Source: Myxococcota bacterium (GTDB taxonomy: Bacteria > Myxococcota_A > SURF-8). From it: a DNA stretch of 64,000 bases. Under the pieces are notes generated by a model. The model was given only the letters and a program-made list of their open reading frames with translations. It was not told the DNA's origin and made no database searches. The first letter of the stretch is position 1. The number at the start of each line of letters is the position of its first letter. Shown piece after piece: positions 40,589 to 49,928 of this stretch. The stretch lies in NCBI GenBank assembly GCA_965140415.1, contig OZ223209.1, positions 3,456,001 to 3,520,000 of the forward strand, written 5' to 3'. Both the position numbers and the translations under genes were made by a program.

Positions 40589-41713
40589 CTAACCGTACAA
40601 GTGGAGATCTTCAAAAAGCTGAAATGGATGGCGGAGCATAAGCCCCGGCGACATGCGTAGTGAGGGTTCGATGTTCCCCGTATTCCAACATGGTGCAGCA
40701 CAGTGCATCGTGGAGCGACGCATATGTTGCATGGCCGGACAGCACCAGGCTTCTTTCAATGTCTTTCGATGCAGGTTCAATGGTTCGATATGATCGTAAC
40801 ATCCGAAAAAACGACCATAAGGATCGACGTTGCCATAAACGAAACCGGCATAACACTCGATCTGTTTTTTGCCTTCAAGAGCATCTGGGATACTCCGTAA
40901 ATAAGGAACTGAATTGGTTGCGATTCCAAGTTTCCGTGCAAGGCTTAACACACCTTTCAGTTCGCTGCGCAGTGCAGGTAATTGAGAAGGCGAAAAGAGA
41001 AAGCGATCCGGCAATCCATTCGGACGCCAGGAATGATTCAAATTCCCATGCGCCGGGGTAAATTTGACCGACTGTACCGCCCAGCGGTGCCCCAACCGGA
41101 TCATCTGCGACAATTTTCCCAGATTGTGAGGACCGATTACACAATTGATTCCAACTTTGATATCAGGTGCGGACTGATTCAACAATCGAATCGCACTGCG
41201 AACTCGACGGAAAACTCCTTCCCCCCGTATGGCATCGTTCAAAGCCGCTTCCGGATGATCCAAACTGACAACAAGAGTCATTTCTCCCAGTTCGGCAAGC
41301 TTTTTAACCATCGATTCGTTCAGGCAGGTACCATTCGTGTTGATATGCACCGAAAAACCGTTTTGCTTTGCCCTTTCCAATAATGTAAAAATTTCCTTGA
41401 AAAGGAAGGGCTCCCCACCACCAAAAGAGACGATACGAGTTTTAAGATCGACCGCCTGATCGAGAATCGACAACCACTGTTCGGTTGTCAATGGCTCTAA
41501 GTCATCCGGGTAATGGGACGCGAAACCGCAATGTGCACACTGTAGATTGCAGGTTTTGGTGAGATCAAGATAGAGCAGAGGCATACTGCTAGGACAGCTT
41601 TTTTGACGATAGGCGTAGATCAACCCACTGTAGTCTCTCAAATCGAGAACGCGCTGGCCGAACCACGAGAGCCAATCAGTTATCTTTTGTGAAGTCGATA
41701 GGTTAGCCGACAT
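40589..41713 (-). CDS. Radical SAM protein with SPASM/Twitch-like C-terminus
   Basis: CNLQCAHC, GGGEP, TNG, SLD and CYAG....VDPYG...GC...CxxxC motifs; ATG at 41713 after GGAG. Confidence 0.9.
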   Translation of the reverse strand: MSANLSTSQKITDWLSWFGQRVLDLRDYSGLIYAYRQKSCPSSMPLLYLDLTKTCNLQCAHCGFASHYPDDLEPLTTEQWLSILDQAVDLKTRIVSFGGGEPFLFKEIFTLLERAKQNGFSVHINTNGTCLNESMVKKLAELGEMTLVVSLDHPEAALNDAIRGEGVFRRVRSAIRLLNQSAPDIKVGINCVIGPHNLGKLSQMIRLGHRWAVQSVKFTPAHGNLNHSWRPNGLPDRFLFSPSQLPALRSELKGVLSLARKLGIATNSVPYLRSIPDALEGKKQIECYAGFVYGNVDPYGRFFGCYDHIEPLNLHRKTLKEAWCCPAMQHMRRSTMHCAAPCWNTGNIEPSLRMSPGLMLRHPFQLFEDLHLYG

Positions 41714-41754
41714 AATACTCCAACGATTCCGGTGCATGTGCTTGACATCACTCT

Positions 41755-43992
41755 TTGATCTACTTTACAATGATTTCTCGGTTTTTCCAATCGAGTCGTG
41801 TCTTTTTACGGGACAGAATGCACAAAGGAAACGAGATTATCCGCGTGACCGATCCCCACCTGCAAAAATTATTTTATATCACATTGATATTACTGACTTT
41901 ATTAGTCTTCCAAAATACGTCCACACTGGCTGCGGAATCCTCGGGATATATCATCCCGGCAGAAAATGCTGAAAAAGCACAAGCTTTGTGTACGCCATCA
42001 AACATGTGGCAACAACAACATGGAAAGTTGCTGCAAATTGCCATAAAGAAACATCACATTTCACTTCAATTCGCACATGCAAAAGACGGGCAACGAGCAA
42101 CATTCGAAGTTCTACCCACACCTAAACCGATGCAACAACATAGCGCCTGCCTGCCACTCGATGCAGAAAAAACGATTTCCGTTTGTTTTTCCAAGAACGA
42201 TCAACACAACGAATCCCTCGCCCGCGCCTGGTTGAGTTGGCAACAAGAAAACGAACAGGCCAATGCCTTTTCATCGATCTGGCACAAGCAACAAGCACGC
42301 ATATTGGAAAGCAAACCGGAATTTCAGCAACCGGTCGATCCTGCACGCTTTCCAATCATGTCCGCACTCGTTAAGTACGTGGCAGAACCAATAGCCAAAC
42401 AAATTCCCGCATTACGTTTACTTACACTCAGCCTGGCTACAATCGCGCTGATTCTGGTGTTCCTATCCATCCGTTCCTTATTGCGATCTCACGAGTTATC
42501 GCTTTCGCGAAGCAGTCGCTGGATTGCGCTTTTATTGTTCCTAGTGCTCATTGCTTCCAAATGGCTGCTGCTGCCCCATGCCAATCTGATTCTTTACGAT
42601 GAATATGAGAACATGGGCTGCATTCGAGAACTCAATATGAGCGGTCAGTTTGCATTTCGCCTCTTCGATGTGAACGGATTCGATCCGGTACTGGCGAATA
42701 TCGACTATGCCCCGCTTTTTCACATGGCCGCCTCCGTGCTAAATCTGTTGGGATTTTCTATTGCCACGGCGAGCGCCGTAATAAATGTGCTTGTAACCAG
42801 CTTGTTTTTTCCAACCATCCTGATTTTAGTCCGTATAGCCACTCCGAATTCAGATGAACGCATCGCGATTGCACTCGCGTTGCTGTATGCGTCCTTACCT
42901 GCCAACGTGGTGTTGTCCCTGACAGCCGCAACACATCCCATGTTCCAATTCTGGATGATCCTGACTTTCGTTTCCGCAGCGGCACTGATCCGACAACCGC
43001 AACGAACCGGATTGCATCTGGCTACTCTGGTTTTCTGTGCGTCTGCGGCGTTCTATGGACGAAATGAAGCCTTTTTCGTGCTGGCAGGCTTGGCTTTTGC
43101 GTCCCTGTTACTCTGGAAACTCAGCATGTTCCAAAGTTCGAACCCTCATTTTTCGAACCAATTTCCAACATGGAAAAACTTCGCAAAAGCTGGTTTGGCG
43201 TTCATCCTTCTCACCTTACCGGTAATGGCCCTGATGCTGGCAAACGACCTCGCAGTCGAGTTTTCGATGCTGGATAAGCAAGATTTCTGGACAAGAGTCA
43301 CCATTGGTCGCGGCTACAATTTCCTGCGAAATGCCCTGGCTTTCGGGTTCATTCCTTTAACGCTTCCCGTTTGGCTAAGCATTTCAGCCATTCTGGGGGT
43401 GATACTATCCATTTGGAATAAAAGCTTTTCCAGGCGTTATGGACTATGGATTGTCGTTTGCTATTTATGGACCTGCTTTGTATATACCCAGGACGACTGG
43501 TATGGCGAAACCATGCAAAACTGGATTGAGCGACCATATCAGATGGGAATTATTTATCTTTTTGTGTTTTGCATGGCAATCCCTCTGTTATCGAGACTTA
43601 AAAACAGTAACAAGCTGGTTTTTCTATTTCTTGTTGCGTTTGCACTCAATCTCTACGGTACAGTTGACCTTTTCGAACAATACTATTATAGGTCGAAACG
43701 AGTGCAATGCATCGCCCTTGAGAACATAAAGCAGGATCTTCCAGATAATTCAGTTATTTACGCCCACACTTCAATCTCCATTCGCTTTGTGGCTGATCTC
43801 GATCACAGCGATCTGCGCTATTTAAGCCGCTTACCCAAAATCAACAACCGCCCGATTTTCTATTTCGACATGCTGGGACGTGCAGAAGAGAAAATGCAAA
43901 TCGAGAACTACGGATATCATCTCCAAAAAACAAAACACCGTAATTTATACCGTTTGCTTGATTCCGGTCCAACTCATGAACAATCCCCCTAA
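41755..43992 (+). CDS. Multi-pass membrane protein, probable GT-C fold glycosyltransferase with N-terminal exported domain
   Basis: Signal-like segment ending TLA-AES, soluble domain, many TM segments, LYDEYE acidic loop, RNE motif; true start probably later (41818 or 41845). Confidence 0.6.
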   Translation: MIYFTMISRFFQSSRVFLRDRMHKGNEIIRVTDPHLQKLFYITLILLTLLVFQNTSTLAAESSGYIIPAENAEKAQALCTPSNMWQQQHGKLLQIAIKKHHISLQFAHAKDGQRATFEVLPTPKPMQQHSACLPLDAEKTISVCFSKNDQHNESLARAWLSWQQENEQANAFSSIWHKQQARILESKPEFQQPVDPARFPIMSALVKYVAEPIAKQIPALRLLTLSLATIALILVFLSIRSLLRSHELSLSRSSRWIALLLFLVLIASKWLLLPHANLILYDEYENMGCIRELNMSGQFAFRLFDVNGFDPVLANIDYAPLFHMAASVLNLLGFSIATASAVINVLVTSLFFPTILILVRIATPNSDERIAIALALLYASLPANVVLSLTAATHPMFQFWMILTFVSAAALIRQPQRTGLHLATLVFCASAAFYGRNEAFFVLAGLAFASLLLWKLSMFQSSNPHFSNQFPTWKNFAKAGLAFILLTLPVMALMLANDLAVEFSMLDKQDFWTRVTIGRGYNFLRNALAFGFIPLTLPVWLSISAILGVILSIWNKSFSRRYGLWIVVCYLWTCFVYTQDDWYGETMQNWIERPYQMGIIYLFVFCMAIPLLSRLKNSNKLVFLFLVAFALNLYGTVDLFEQYYYRSKRVQCIALENIKQDLPDNSVIYAHTSISIRFVADLDHSDLRYLSRLPKINNRPIFYFDMLGRAEEKMQIENYGYHLQKTKHRNLYRLLDSGPTHEQSP

Positions 43993-44028
43993 CCATTCTT
44001 TTCTGTGGCCACTCACCCATAAAAGGGG

Positions 44029-44058
44029 TTGACGAGCCGCTTCTAATACCTGTATTAT
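44029..44058 (+). promoter_or_regulatory. Sigma70-like promoter upstream of flagellin
   Basis: TTGACG-N18-TATTAT. Confidence 0.4.
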
Positions 44059-44100
44059 TACTATTGATAAAAGGCGGACTGTGGCTTTCATTCACGGTCA

Positions 44101-44116
44101 GGAGAACGGACTCTCC
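44101..44116 (+). promoter_or_regulatory. Putative CsrA-binding hairpin in the flagellin leader
   Basis: Stem GGAGA/TCTCC with ACGGAC hexaloop; more GGA motifs overlap the SD. Confidence 0.45.
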
Positions 44117-44169
44117 CGTTCAGCATCCGAAAACGATGCAGAGCGGCTTTCAAGGAGGAATGGAGCATC

Positions 44170-44991
44170 ATGAAAATCCAAGGTGGTTTATCTAGTCTTA
44201 AGGCCCTCCAGCAATTAAGCGGCAACAAAGAACTGATGGCGAAAGTCATCGAGCGCATCGCCAGCGGCCAGCGTATCAACTCTGCGGCAGACGATGCCGC
44301 CGGGCTTTCGCAATCTTCACGCATGAGCGCGGAAATCGCATCCCTTAACGAAGCGGCTCGTAACGTCAGTTACGGAACCGCCATGGCGCAAACTGCCGAG
44401 GGAGGCATGCAGCAGATCGAGAATATCTCGATTCGGTTAAGCGAATTGGCGACACAGGCTGCAAGTTCCAACAGTGGCGCAGATCGAGAGGCGATCAATA
44501 CGGAAGCCCAGGCGCTACGTGAAGAAATGGACCGGATCGCCGGTTCAACAACCTACAATGGACAAACGCTTTTGGATGGCAGTTTCAGTACTACTTTGCA
44601 AGTCGGAGACCAGAACAACGCAGATAGCCGCCTAGCTGTCTCTTTCGGCGACCTGCGCAGTTCCGCACTGGATGGCGGCGGACCGGTCAGCCTGGATTTA
44701 AGTACCCAGGAAGGAGCACAAGCCGCATTAGGTTCAATCAACAACGTACTGGATTCTCTGGCGACACAACGAGCCGAAACCGGCGCATTGCTTAATCGCC
44801 TAGACTCGGCCTATTCCAACCTGACCGTTTCCATCGAAAACAAGCGCGCCAGTCAGTCAGTCATCGCCGACGCCGATATCGCCCAAGAATCGACGGAGTT
44901 GCTTAAACTGCAAATCCTTTCCGAATCCAATACCGCCATGCTGGCACAGGCCAACGCCAATCAGGCATCTGCATTGAAACTGTTGGAATGA
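44170..44991 (+). CDS. fliC: Flagellin (minimal D0/D1 type, 273 aa)
   Basis: ERIASGQRINSAADDAAG, QTAEG, RIA..T.YNG, RA..GA..NRL, IADADIA.E and LAQAN motifs. Confidence 0.92.
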   Translation: MKIQGGLSSLKALQQLSGNKELMAKVIERIASGQRINSAADDAAGLSQSSRMSAEIASLNEAARNVSYGTAMAQTAEGGMQQIENISIRLSELATQAASSNSGADREAINTEAQALREEMDRIAGSTTYNGQTLLDGSFSTTLQVGDQNNADSRLAVSFGDLRSSALDGGGPVSLDLSTQEGAQAALGSINNVLDSLATQRAETGALLNRLDSAYSNLTVSIENKRASQSVIADADIAQESTELLKLQILSESNTAMLAQANANQASALKLLE

Positions 44992-45023
44992 GCCAGTAAT
45001 AAAACCATTCACGATCAGCAATC

Positions 45024-45059
45024 AACGGCAAGGTTTACTAATCTTGCCGTTTTTCTTTT
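45024..45059 (+). terminator. Intrinsic terminator after flagellin
   Basis: AACGGCAAG...CTTGCCGTT followed by a T-tract. Confidence 0.85.
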
Positions 45060-45122
45060 CCCTAAACAACCGCAAGTATTTACAGAATACAGCATTATGT
45101 TGAAGTCTTGGATATCCAATGG

Positions 45123-45139
45123 TACACTTTAAAAGTGTA
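45123..45139. promoter_or_regulatory. Perfect inverted repeat, operator-like
   Basis: TACACTTT-A-AAAGTGTA upstream of the histidine kinase. Confidence 0.4.
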
Positions 45140-45261
45140 GTATTCCCTTTATAAAAAGCGAGTTTATCCCATACGTTGATTTACATCATTAAGACTTGAA
45201 GTTGCATCTGCTTCCAATTAGGTTCCTCATTCCCTTGGAATATTGACGGAATACACAAATA

Positions 45262-47706
45262 ATGTATAGACACCCAATCTTCTTAATTTGCCTTTTTATC
45301 TTTCTCGCGATCCAAACCATCTGTTTTTTTTCTATTGACCAAGCACAAGCTTCTGCTGTTATCCATGCCCGTGGAGACGACAACTATCCTCCGTATGAAT
45401 ATGTAGACGAAGGACAACCTACTGGTTTCAACGTCGAAATTTTCAGAGCAGTAGCAGATACCATGGGACTTCAAGCAACAGTCGAGTTGGGACCATGGAA
45501 TGAAGTTAGAAGTGAGTTGGAAGAGGGAGAAATTGACCTCGTGACCGGTATGTACTTTTCGGAAGAACGCGCCAAGAACGTAGATTTTTCAACGCCTCAC
45601 ATACAAGTTTTCCATACCATCTTTATTCGTAATGATTCTAATATAACTAGTTTGAAAGATGTCGAGGAGAAGGAAATCATCGTCCAACGTGGCGACATCA
45701 TGCATGACTTCGTTCTTCAAAAAAACCTTAGCAATAAAATCATTACCGTAGAAAATCAAATCGACGCCCTTCGTTTGCTGGCATCAGGAAAATATGATTG
45801 CGCAATTTTGGCTAAATTGCAGGGCCTGTACCTTGTCCATACCTACAAATTGAAGAACGTTCATACCGTTGGAGAACCGATCGAACCAAGGCAGTATTGC
45901 TTTGCTGTTACCAAAGGAAACCACGCGCTGCTTGACAAACTCAATGAAGGGCTGCGAATCATTCACGCCACGGGTCAATACAACACAATTCGCAAAAAGT
46001 GGTTCGGCACCTATGAACGAGCCGTCACCAAACTGGACGTGCTAAAAAAAGCAGCCTGGATTCTGGCACTACTCGCTTTCCTGCTTTTTGCTGCACTATT
46101 ATGGTCCTGGTCTTTGAAACGCAAAGTAAAGCAACGGACTCAGGCACTGAAAGAGGAGTTGAACCAACGTTTACGGATACAGAAAGAATTACGAGAAAAA
46201 CAGAACCTCATTCAAACCATCTTCAATTCCACGCCAGATTTCCTGATTCTGAAGGATACTCAAAAAAAAATTCTCTTCGCCAATCTTGCTTTTTGCCAGT
46301 TTGTTGGACAGCCTACAGAGAATATTATCAACGTATCTTACTCCGATCTGTTTCCCAAAGAAGAAGCGGAAAAATTCGAAACTGAAGACGAATACGTCTT
46401 ATCCAGCAAAAAACAGTTGGCAAAAGATTCCCAAGCAACCGGAAAACAGGGGCAACGCTGGTTTCACGTTGTTAAAACTCCCATACTCGACGAGCAAGAC
46501 AATGCAACCGGAGTGTTGGTTTCCGTGCGAGATATTACACACCGTCGCTTGATGGAAGTAGCATTGAGAGAAAGCTCCAATTGGCTCTCCACAACATTGA
46601 ATAGTGTTGGAGACGCCGTCATTACGACCAACATGAAAAACTACATCACCTACATGAACCCGGAGGCTCAGAAACTTACTGGTTTTAGCGTACAAAAAGC
46701 AAATCGAATGCCTCTTGATAAGGTATTCCGCCTCATCGATGAAGAAAGCAATAAAAAGCTGGAAAACCTGGCAAGCATCATTATGCGAGAAAAGCCAACA
46801 GCCCCCATTTCCCGCAATGCGATATTGATTTCACGAAACGGTGAGAAGCGACACATTTCAGATTCCGGTGCTCCAATCATCGATGACAATGGCAACATCC
46901 TTGGTGTTGTGCTGGTTTTCAGAGATATAAGCCAGCAACGGGATCTGGATGCACAACTTCGACACCAGCAAAAACTGGAGTCGATTGGAACGCTCGCCGG
47001 AGGTGTTGCCCATGAAATCAACAACCCGATTAACATCATCATGAATTACGGGCAACTTTTAGTAGACAATTCCAAACTAGATGACTCGACTAGGGAAGAC
47101 GCTCGGACCATTGTGGATGAAAGCTACCGAATTGCCAACATTGTAAAAAATCTTCTGGCCTTCTCCAGGCGAGAAAAAGAACCTCGTAACTCGGTTTCTC
47201 TGAACTCCATTTTCGAAAGCACATTTTCACTGATTGATCGCATTCTGAAAAAAGATCAAATTCAAATCGACACTCACATTGACCCGAATCTTCCGCCTGT
47301 AATCTGCCGCAAACAGCAGATCATGCAAGTACTCATGAATCTGATCACCAACGCGCGCGACGTTGTAAACACTCGCTATCCTGATTATGACGAAAACAAA
47401 CAAATCAGTATTTTCTCGCAACTCGTGCAGAATGACCATTTTCACTATGTTCGCACCTCCGTGCGAGATACAGGAACAGGCATTCCTAACGCCATCAAAG
47501 ATAGGATCTTCGATCCTTTCTTTACCTCCAAACCGCGTCACCAGGGTACTGGGCTGGGATTATCGGTAAGCTACGGAATCATCAAGGAACATGGAGGTCA
47601 AATGGGATTTGAAACGGAAGAAAACGTTGGAACAACATTCTATTTCGATCTTCCAGTCGCAACAGAGACTAGCGGTTATCCTCCGTCAAATATTGATCGC
47701 GAATAG
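45262..47706 (+). CDS. Sensor histidine kinase: periplasmic amino-acid-binding (SBP family 3) domain, two PAS, HisKA, HATPase
   Basis: NYPPYEY..GFNVEI, TM, two PAS/PAC (RDIT, RDIS), AHEINNP, NARD, DTGTGI, FFTSK and GTGLGL motifs. Confidence 0.95.
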   Translation: MYRHPIFLICLFIFLAIQTICFFSIDQAQASAVIHARGDDNYPPYEYVDEGQPTGFNVEIFRAVADTMGLQATVELGPWNEVRSELEEGEIDLVTGMYFSEERAKNVDFSTPHIQVFHTIFIRNDSNITSLKDVEEKEIIVQRGDIMHDFVLQKNLSNKIITVENQIDALRLLASGKYDCAILAKLQGLYLVHTYKLKNVHTVGEPIEPRQYCFAVTKGNHALLDKLNEGLRIIHATGQYNTIRKKWFGTYERAVTKLDVLKKAAWILALLAFLLFAALLWSWSLKRKVKQRTQALKEELNQRLRIQKELREKQNLIQTIFNSTPDFLILKDTQKKILFANLAFCQFVGQPTENIINVSYSDLFPKEEAEKFETEDEYVLSSKKQLAKDSQATGKQGQRWFHVVKTPILDEQDNATGVLVSVRDITHRRLMEVALRESSNWLSTTLNSVGDAVITTNMKNYITYMNPEAQKLTGFSVQKANRMPLDKVFRLIDEESNKKLENLASIIMREKPTAPISRNAILISRNGEKRHISDSGAPIIDDNGNILGVVLVFRDISQQRDLDAQLRHQQKLESIGTLAGGVAHEINNPINIIMNYGQLLVDNSKLDDSTREDARTIVDESYRIANIVKNLLAFSRREKEPRNSVSLNSIFESTFSLIDRILKKDQIQIDTHIDPNLPPVICRKQQIMQVLMNLITNARDVVNTRYPDYDENKQISIFSQLVQNDHFHYVRTSVRDTGTGIPNAIKDRIFDPFFTSKPRHQGTGLGLSVSYGIIKEHGGQMGFETEENVGTTFYFDLPVATETSGYPPSNIDRE

Positions 47707-47879
47707 CATAAAAGTATTGCTTTTGGCTAGTGACCAGTCCTGCTAAAATAATCCGAACATTTTCATTGTCATATACTACTTATTCAGATATTTTTGGGTA
47801 GCGAAAATTAGCACCCCTGCTCTATGGTTGTTCGTGATTTAAGAGCAATAGAACTTGAAGTAGTTGAAACGGAATCCAC

Positions 47880-49928
47880 ATGCTATTCTTTCTTGGCATT
47901 GCATATGCGCCTTCTTTCCTGGCATTGGTCGGATTGCAATTTCTATTTCTATTACTTGTCATGATCGGTTTGCTGTTTCAAATAGTCGGCTTACCCGATC
48001 TCCCTTCCACATTATTAATCGCCGCGATTCCCATTCCACTTCTCATCACTTACTACATTGTGACATGGCTGCGCATGCGCTTGCAAACCCTCTTCAGAAT
48101 TAACGAACAAGCTCATTTTCCTCCAAACGCAAATCCCGGTCCGAAAGGACGAAATCTGGCAGCACTCAAGCAACTAGGAGGGAAAGTCCCACAGACCTAT
48201 TACCTTCCTTTCCGGACAGTCGAGAAAGTCCGGAATGAAATAGAGAAAACAGGCAACAGCCGTACGTTCAAAAAGACGGTAAATATCCTTACCAAGCGAG
48301 CAAACGAAAACCGAGTAACGACCTGGATCGTTCGCTCCAGTTCATCCATGGAAGACGGAACACACTCATTTCCTGGTATTTTCACCAGTATTAAAGACAT
48401 CCCGGTAACAGACACCAAACGCCTTAAAGAAGCCATTTTAACGGTCTGTGAATCCTATCATTCCCAATCCGCCCAGGACTATGCGAAACAATTGGGTATT
48501 TCGATTGAAACGCCCGAAAACAGTGCGGTCATCATTCAAGAGCAGATAGATCACCTCTATGCAGGTATTATCTCCTCTTTCAATCCACAGGGAATGCGCC
48601 CAGATGAAATGCGCCTTGAATTAATCGACTCCAACGGTCAAACTCACACGGCCGTGTATGACCGAATTATGCACAGACTTCATTCTGAAAAAGCCGATCC
48701 GCTGGCAATCGATACCAAAAGCTTCGATCGACTACGCAGTTTGCTAAAACGCTGTGAAGCATATTTCAGACACCCGGTTGTGATCGAGTTCGGACTGAGA
48801 AACCGTGAACTTTACACCTACCAGGTCAGACCTCAAACGATCAAACCTATTGAAGTCTGGACCAACAACGGACCGGTGGATCTCAATCCTGATCCATTTA
48901 CATTGTTGCAGGCGGACTTGACTTTTGGAACCTCTCTGGCATTTTTACAAAACCACCTTGCAGGCAAATCGCAACAGGAAACGTCCACTCATCCCATTCG
49001 AATTCAGATGATTCATAGCCGAACCTACACTAACTACCAAGATGTACTAAAGTGGAATTGGCAAGACGCAACTTCGAAAACTTGTTTAAATAAAAGACAA
49101 GTCCAGGAGTTGATTCAAAAGGATTTACCGGCGGATCTTCCACTGCGCCAGGCTATCATCGATTACAGGCACCGCTTGGTGGTTCAATCCCAGCTAAAAC
49201 AGAAAGCGGCTCGTTATGAACATACGATCCGCTTTCTGTCCATGTTAAACTTACGGGAACGCTTTGCACCGATCTTTCGCTGGAATACATATCTTGCTGC
49301 AATCGCAAAGAAACGCAGTCAAATTTTGTTAAAACAGGTGGATTCCATGCACCCGGACATTTCTAATCAACTTGCAAACCTTCTCGATAGCTTCATTTCT
49401 CATATCGGTTCGGACGCTCCCCATCTAACGCTTTCAGAAGCCTGTGCCCGCATGAAGGGAAGTACACTGCCACCCGCAGAAATCGTACTTGCGCGTAAAA
49501 TTCAGTACGAAGCGGACCATGCAAACACAGCCCCCTCTGTCTGGCCTCCACCGAGTCGAAATGTAGATTCACTTCACACTGGAATACAAGCTCACTTTCA
49601 TTCCCTTGGAACAGGAAACGTCGAGGCTATCGGCTGGATGCCGTCACAACAACAGCCCAAAGCTCCAAAAGAAGGATATATTCTCCTATTGCCTGATATG
49701 TCGTTGAAATGGCAAGAGTTGCTGCGACAAGCTAAAGGGGCTGTTTTTGCCTCTAACAACATCCTTTCCCATCTCTGTCTACAGGCCATTGAATTGGGAG
49801 TTCCTTCAATAACGGCTGCAAGTACGGAAGAATTGTTCGCAATGAACGGTCAAAAGCTGTATCTGGATGCGGATCGTGCTACAGTGAAAATCTTGTCGGA
49901 CGGAAATAGGAAACAAATTTATCAATGA
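47880..49928 (+). CDS. Membrane-anchored PEP-synthase/PPDK-like phosphotransferase (ATP-grasp + His swivel domain)
   Basis: N-terminal TM segments; GPKGRNL, IVRSSSSMEDG.SFPG.F.S, IIQEQI, IEFG....L...QVRP and C-terminal LSH...AIELGVP motifs. Confidence 0.82.
   Translation: MLFFLGIAYAPSFLALVGLQFLFLLLVMIGLLFQIVGLPDLPSTLLIAAIPIPLLITYYIVTWLRMRLQTLFRINEQAHFPPNANPGPKGRNLAALKQLGGKVPQTYYLPFRTVEKVRNEIEKTGNSRTFKKTVNILTKRANENRVTTWIVRSSSSMEDGTHSFPGIFTSIKDIPVTDTKRLKEAILTVCESYHSQSAQDYAKQLGISIETPENSAVIIQEQIDHLYAGIISSFNPQGMRPDEMRLELIDSNGQTHTAVYDRIMHRLHSEKADPLAIDTKSFDRLRSLLKRCEAYFRHPVVIEFGLRNRELYTYQVRPQTIKPIEVWTNNGPVDLNPDPFTLLQADLTFGTSLAFLQNHLAGKSQQETSTHPIRIQMIHSRTYTNYQDVLKWNWQDATSKTCLNKRQVQELIQKDLPADLPLRQAIIDYRHRLVVQSQLKQKAARYEHTIRFLSMLNLRERFAPIFRWNTYLAAIAKKRSQILLKQVDSMHPDISNQLANLLDSFISHIGSDAPHLTLSEACARMKGSTLPPAEIVLARKIQYEADHANTAPSVWPPPSRNVDSLHTGIQAHFHSLGTGNVEAIGWMPSQQQPKAPKEGYILLLPDMSLKWQELLRQAKGAVFASNNILSHLCLQAIELGVPSITAASTEELFAMNGQKLYLDADRATVKILSDGNRKQIYQ

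Noticed and set aside
44020-44043. Sigma28 promoter (TAAA...GCCG) for flagellin
   Set aside because: Spacer is only 12 nt and the -10 reads GCCGCTTC rather than GCCGATAA
34803-44991. Island interpreted as a flagellin glycosylation locus
   Set aside because: Bacterial flagellin is normally glycosylated in the cytoplasm by Maf or GT-A/B enzymes, whereas GT-C enzymes act extracytoplasmically; adjacency alone is insufficient, though not fully excluded
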